Positions 58,067-64,000 of a stretch of 64,000 nucleotides of DNA are shown piece by piece. Each line of letters begins with the position of its first letter. Position 1 is the stretch's first letter. The DNA comes from Methanomassiliicoccales archaeon (GTDB lineage Archaea > Thermoplasmatota > Thermoplasmata > Methanomassiliicoccales > JACIVX01): contig JACIVX010000001.1 in NCBI GenBank assembly GCA_014361295.1, positions 319,924-383,923 on the forward strand, written 5' to 3'. The translations under genes and the position numbers were made by a program. A model generated the notes under the pieces. It saw only the letters and a program-made list of their open reading frames with translations, did not search any database and had not been told where the DNA came from.

Positions 58067-59773
58067 CTAGGCATGTGTGAAGACGGCCCTAACCACCGGA
58101 GTGACTGTTTCGATTCTCACAAACGCAAATCGCTCAAATTGAATCACATTCCCGATTTCACTGGGAGGAATTGGCTCCGAAAAACCCTCCTTCCTTGAAC
58201 CATCTGGCATCTCCACAACTGTTTTAATGCCATACTCAGGAACCCAATGAACAATTCTGATTCCCTCTCTCACTACTGAAAGATCGTTACCAGCATATGT
58301 TGCGAGATTTCCTTCAACTTCAATATTACACAGATCTTTGAGTCGGAGTTTTCCTCTTAATCCGATGGACTCGAGGTCATTTCTATTCAGATAAACCTTA
58401 ATAGGCCTACCTTGCAGTCTTAATCGTCTCATGCCTCGTTCTGGATGATTGGGATGAAGTGGAGCATGTGATTCGAGCGCTTCAACGCCCTCGATGCTGA
58501 TGAGCACAGGATCCCAAACGAAGAAATACCTGTTCGCCAAGTGATCAACCCGTTGTTTATTGAATGCATAGAGCGTTTCCCACGAAAACTGGATATCAAC
58601 ATCCTTGATTCCGCAATCAATCCAGTAATCGCGAATCGCCTCGGGGGTGATTCCCCGCCTCTTCAACGCCCTCACCGTGCCAAGACGTACATCATCCCAC
58701 CCCGAATACTCGCCAGCCTTAATCCCCTGCGCCACAATCGATGTCTTGAGGATTGATTCTGGAACTGACACCAGACCATAGTGATGATACCACGGAATTT
58801 TCCATCCGAAATATCTAAAAATGTACTCTTGGCGCTGTGTGTTGTTTAGATGGTCCTTTCCTCGGAGGACATGGGTCATGCCTAGAAAATGATCGTCAAT
58901 TGCAACACTAAAATTCATCATCGGATAGACCCTGTATCGGGCACCAGTACGCGGATGAGGAACTGAGTCGACAATGCGTAGGCCAACGAAATCTCTAATA
59001 GCAGGATTTGGATGTTTTAGATCCGTTTTCACAACCAGAACGGCACTTTCTTCTGGGTAATAACCAGAAAGCATTCGATCGAACTCTTCATGCTGGGTCT
59101 CTTTCGGAAGTTCTCTGTGAGGGCAGGCCTTACCATGTTCTTTCAGTTTTCGCCATTCCTCCACCGGACATGTGCAAACATAGGCCTTTCCCATATCGAT
59201 GAGTTTTCTCGCGATGTCGTAATACAATTCCATACGAGAGCTTTGTATCACGGTTTGGTGAACTTTTACGCCGAGCCATTCGAGATCTTCTGGGATCGTA
59301 TCGTATGCCTCAGGATCAATTTTCTCGGGATTTGTGTCCTCAATCCTGTTTATAAATATCCCATCGTAACGTTTCACATATTCATCATTAAGAATTGCAA
59401 CTCTTGTATGACCGATATGCAAAGGGCCTGAGGGGCCGGGCGCGAAACGCATGACGACTTTTCCTTTTTCCGCCCCTGGCAATTCCGGGAGAGGATGTTC
59501 TCTTTCGATTTTCACTTTTTTCTGCAGAAGCGAGGAATCAATCAACTCAAGCTCCTTCCGCTGGATCTCGATCGACATCTCATTGATCTTTCGAACTTGA
59601 TCCGCTACGATAGCCGAGATCTCTTTTGCTCTCGACCTCAACTCTGGTTGTTCCGCGAGAACTTTCCCCATCACCGCTTTAACATCGGCCTTTCCACCAT
59701 ACAGAACCGCATTCTGCAGCGCGTATTTCCGGATGAGCTCGCCGATTCGATCGAGATCCATGAGGCCTGGCAT
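58067..59773 (-). CDS. gltX: Glutamyl-tRNA synthetase, archaeal type
   Basis: RFAPGPSGPLHIGH (HIGH), 568 aa, which is the size of archaeal GluRS. Confidence 0.85.
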   Translation of the reverse strand: MPGLMDLDRIGELIRKYALQNAVLYGGKADVKAVMGKVLAEQPELRSRAKEISAIVADQVRKINEMSIEIQRKELELIDSSLLQKKVKIEREHPLPELPGAEKGKVVMRFAPGPSGPLHIGHTRVAILNDEYVKRYDGIFINRIEDTNPEKIDPEAYDTIPEDLEWLGVKVHQTVIQSSRMELYYDIARKLIDMGKAYVCTCPVEEWRKLKEHGKACPHRELPKETQHEEFDRMLSGYYPEESAVLVVKTDLKHPNPAIRDFVGLRIVDSVPHPRTGARYRVYPMMNFSVAIDDHFLGMTHVLRGKDHLNNTQRQEYIFRYFGWKIPWYHHYGLVSVPESILKTSIVAQGIKAGEYSGWDDVRLGTVRALKRRGITPEAIRDYWIDCGIKDVDIQFSWETLYAFNKQRVDHLANRYFFVWDPVLISIEGVEALESHAPLHPNHPERGMRRLRLQGRPIKVYLNRNDLESIGLRGKLRLKDLCNIEVEGNLATYAGNDLSVVREGIRIVHWVPEYGIKTVVEMPDGSRKEGFSEPIPPSEIGNVIQFERFAFVRIETVTPVVRAVFTHA

Positions 59774-59940
59774 GCACAGACGATCTATTTTATCTTTCGT
59801 ATTTTAACTGTATTTCAAATTTGCAGAATGATTTTTAATTCGATTCCGATGCAAGAGGAAGCCATCTTCCAAAGGATCTCGTGCATCCTTGCCAAAACGA
59901 TCGGATGAGTATTATATCGGTCCAGAGCAATTACACGTTT

Positions 59941-62597
<2,657 letters not shown>

Positions 62598-62602
62598 CTA
62601 TG

Positions 62603-63709
62603 TCATTTCGCAATTTCCTCAACTCTTTCTAAAACCTCCTTTAACGTTAGATCCGTCTTGAAGCCTCTTGGAGAAAAATGCGTTCTTGATGCTTTTCCAG
62701 ATTTCCTCAATTCTTCTAGGATATCATTCAAAGGAGGCGGTGAAATCTTCAAGATCGACGAGATCTCATCTACGTCGTAGAAATACGGGAGCTCATCGAG
62801 CTCTTCTTTCCAGATCTTAAGATACTTAGCACAACGATTCTTGCAATGAAGAAAATCATAAGGAATCATTCGAACGAGGAGCTCCTTGTCGAAAAGTCTA
62901 CCAAGCCAGAGCGGACCGATCTGCTCGAGATCGTCAGTTGCTGGAAACTTTCGCTCCTTTGAATTTTCATCATAACCGATTGACCCTAATGTGCGCAACG
63001 ATTGGTCAGCGTATTGAGCGCCTTCAAGTAATTGAATATGAACCCTGAAATAATGATCCGCGTAAAAGCAGAGCACTGGCTTGATTCCTCTCTCAAATTT
63101 CGCGGCTTCTCTGGCAAGATAACCTATCAAAATTCGCAAGCCTATTTCATGACCGAACGCACAACGGAACGGTTTCGCTCCATATCTTCTCAAGCATTTA
63201 TCTGGATACGTACCAGCAAGCGGCGCCGTATCTGTCGCGGTTATGCCAAGAATGCCTCGTCGTTTGCATCCTTCGATCCCTAACTGAACAAAAGGTACTG
63301 GTGAGCCAAACGGGTCGATGTCGATATAGTCAAAAGTCTGTTCACACAATAGGATTCTCACATCGGAGTGGCACGGAATACAATTTTCCAGGCCGTTGAG
63401 ATCGATATTTCTCTTGATGTATTCGAAAGCTTCCTTGCTTCTATCATTGATAATAAATTCAAAATCCCCTGGTGATTCATTAGCTATTCTGACCGCTCTA
63501 ACTCCCGTCCCTGCCAGTCCATCAAGCGCCTTTCCCTCGAATTTCAAAGCGCCGAAGAACATGACGCTTACGTCCCTGCTGAAAGCTGTTTGCTGATTAT
63601 AGAACACCCCGCCGAGGCGCTTACCAGGGCCTTTCAGCGTATGTTGTTTCGGAACGAGAACCCTTGTGCTCCCTTCCACGATTTCGACTGCAGATGGAAT
63701 CTCACTCAC
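62603..63709 (-). CDS. trm1: tRNA (guanine26-N2)-dimethyltransferase
   Basis: TRM1 family sequence, IDIDPFGSPVPF. Confidence 0.85.
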   Translation of the reverse strand: MSEIPSAVEIVEGSTRVLVPKQHTLKGPGKRLGGVFYNQQTAFSRDVSVMFFGALKFEGKALDGLAGTGVRAVRIANESPGDFEFIINDRSKEAFEYIKRNIDLNGLENCIPCHSDVRILLCEQTFDYIDIDPFGSPVPFVQLGIEGCKRRGILGITATDTAPLAGTYPDKCLRRYGAKPFRCAFGHEIGLRILIGYLAREAAKFERGIKPVLCFYADHYFRVHIQLLEGAQYADQSLRTLGSIGYDENSKERKFPATDDLEQIGPLWLGRLFDKELLVRMIPYDFLHCKNRCAKYLKIWKEELDELPYFYDVDEISSILKISPPPLNDILEELRKSGKASRTHFSPRGFKTDLTLKEVLERVEEIAK

Positions 63710-64000
63710 AGGAGTTCTCCTTTCATCAATTTCATGATCTTATAAGGCAATAGATTCCGATTGATCGGCGTTACTTCAAGAATCCTTACATCATCCCTTC
63801 TCCGTATATCTTGGAGAAGCGGATTTCTAGATTTTTTGTGTAAGGTCAGCAATAGAGGTTTTTCGATTTCTAGTGCCGCTTTGACAGCACTCACGAATTT
63901 TTCGCTTTCGACCTCCATTTTTCCGACCTCATCAATTACAACGACATCAGCTGTCTCGCATGCTTTCAGGATCGCTTCAACACCGACCTCCTCCAGCGCG
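63706..64000 (-). CDS. Nucleoside-triphosphatase THEP1-like (MJ1559 family), 3' part only. The gene continues past the window end.
   Basis: The reading frame is open to base 64000. It translates as ...VVVIDEVGKMEVESEKF..., i.e. Walker B DE-x-GKME. The C-terminus is LLPYKIMKLMKGELL*. Confidence 0.6.
   Translation of the reverse strand, partial: ALEEVGVEAILKACETADVVVIDEVGKMEVESEKFVSAVKAALEIEKPLLLTLHKKSRNPLLQDIRRRDDVRILEVTPINRNLLPYKIMKLMKGELL

Overview
This 64-kb window reads as an archaeal chromosome segment, probably euryarchaeal and Thermoplasmata-like. The evidence is an archaeal-type SAM synthetase, FEN-1, Trm1, RNase Z, an archaeal GluRS and an intron-containing tRNA. It is gene-dense on both strands. 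Neighbouring genes often overlap by 4 to 16 nt, including GTG/TTG starts. I found no transposases, integrases or CRISPR arrays.

Most of the window is core housekeeping:
- translation: ileS, gltX, cysS, a tRNA-Cys with a 15-nt intron, rnz, trm1
- biosynthesis: purA, pyrD/pyrK, hisD
- cysteine synthesis: cysK/cysE
- Fe-S and sulfur relay: TusA, DsrE, IscS, IscU
- iron: DtxR-FeoA regulator and FeoB, plus a decayed membrane-ferritin/VIT1 pseudogene

The more unusual content is:
1. A seven-gene co-directional cluster (30.9-36.7 kb). It encodes a coiled-coil protein, a YdjI-like SPFH/Band-7 protein fused to three zinc ribbons, three tandem zinc-ribbon paralogs sharing an unrecognised repeated domain, and NfeD-stomatin. 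It may be an archaeal PspA-independent membrane-stress system.
2. IleRS fused in frame to a C-terminal module of about 350 aa (HhH, zinc ribbon, DUF835-like).
3. The aconitase-X pair of the archaeal alternative mevalonate pathway, with the small subunit fused to a Nudix hydrolase. A UbiD-family decarboxylase lies 58 kb away.
4. An ECF transporter module preceded by two DUF4430 (transcobalamin-like) extracytoplasmic proteins, one fused to a PQQ beta-propeller. This is a candidate corrinoid uptake system.
5. A tRNA-Cys, cysK, cysE, cysS supercluster.
6. A decaying locus with an orphan methyltransferase and an epimerase gene remnant.
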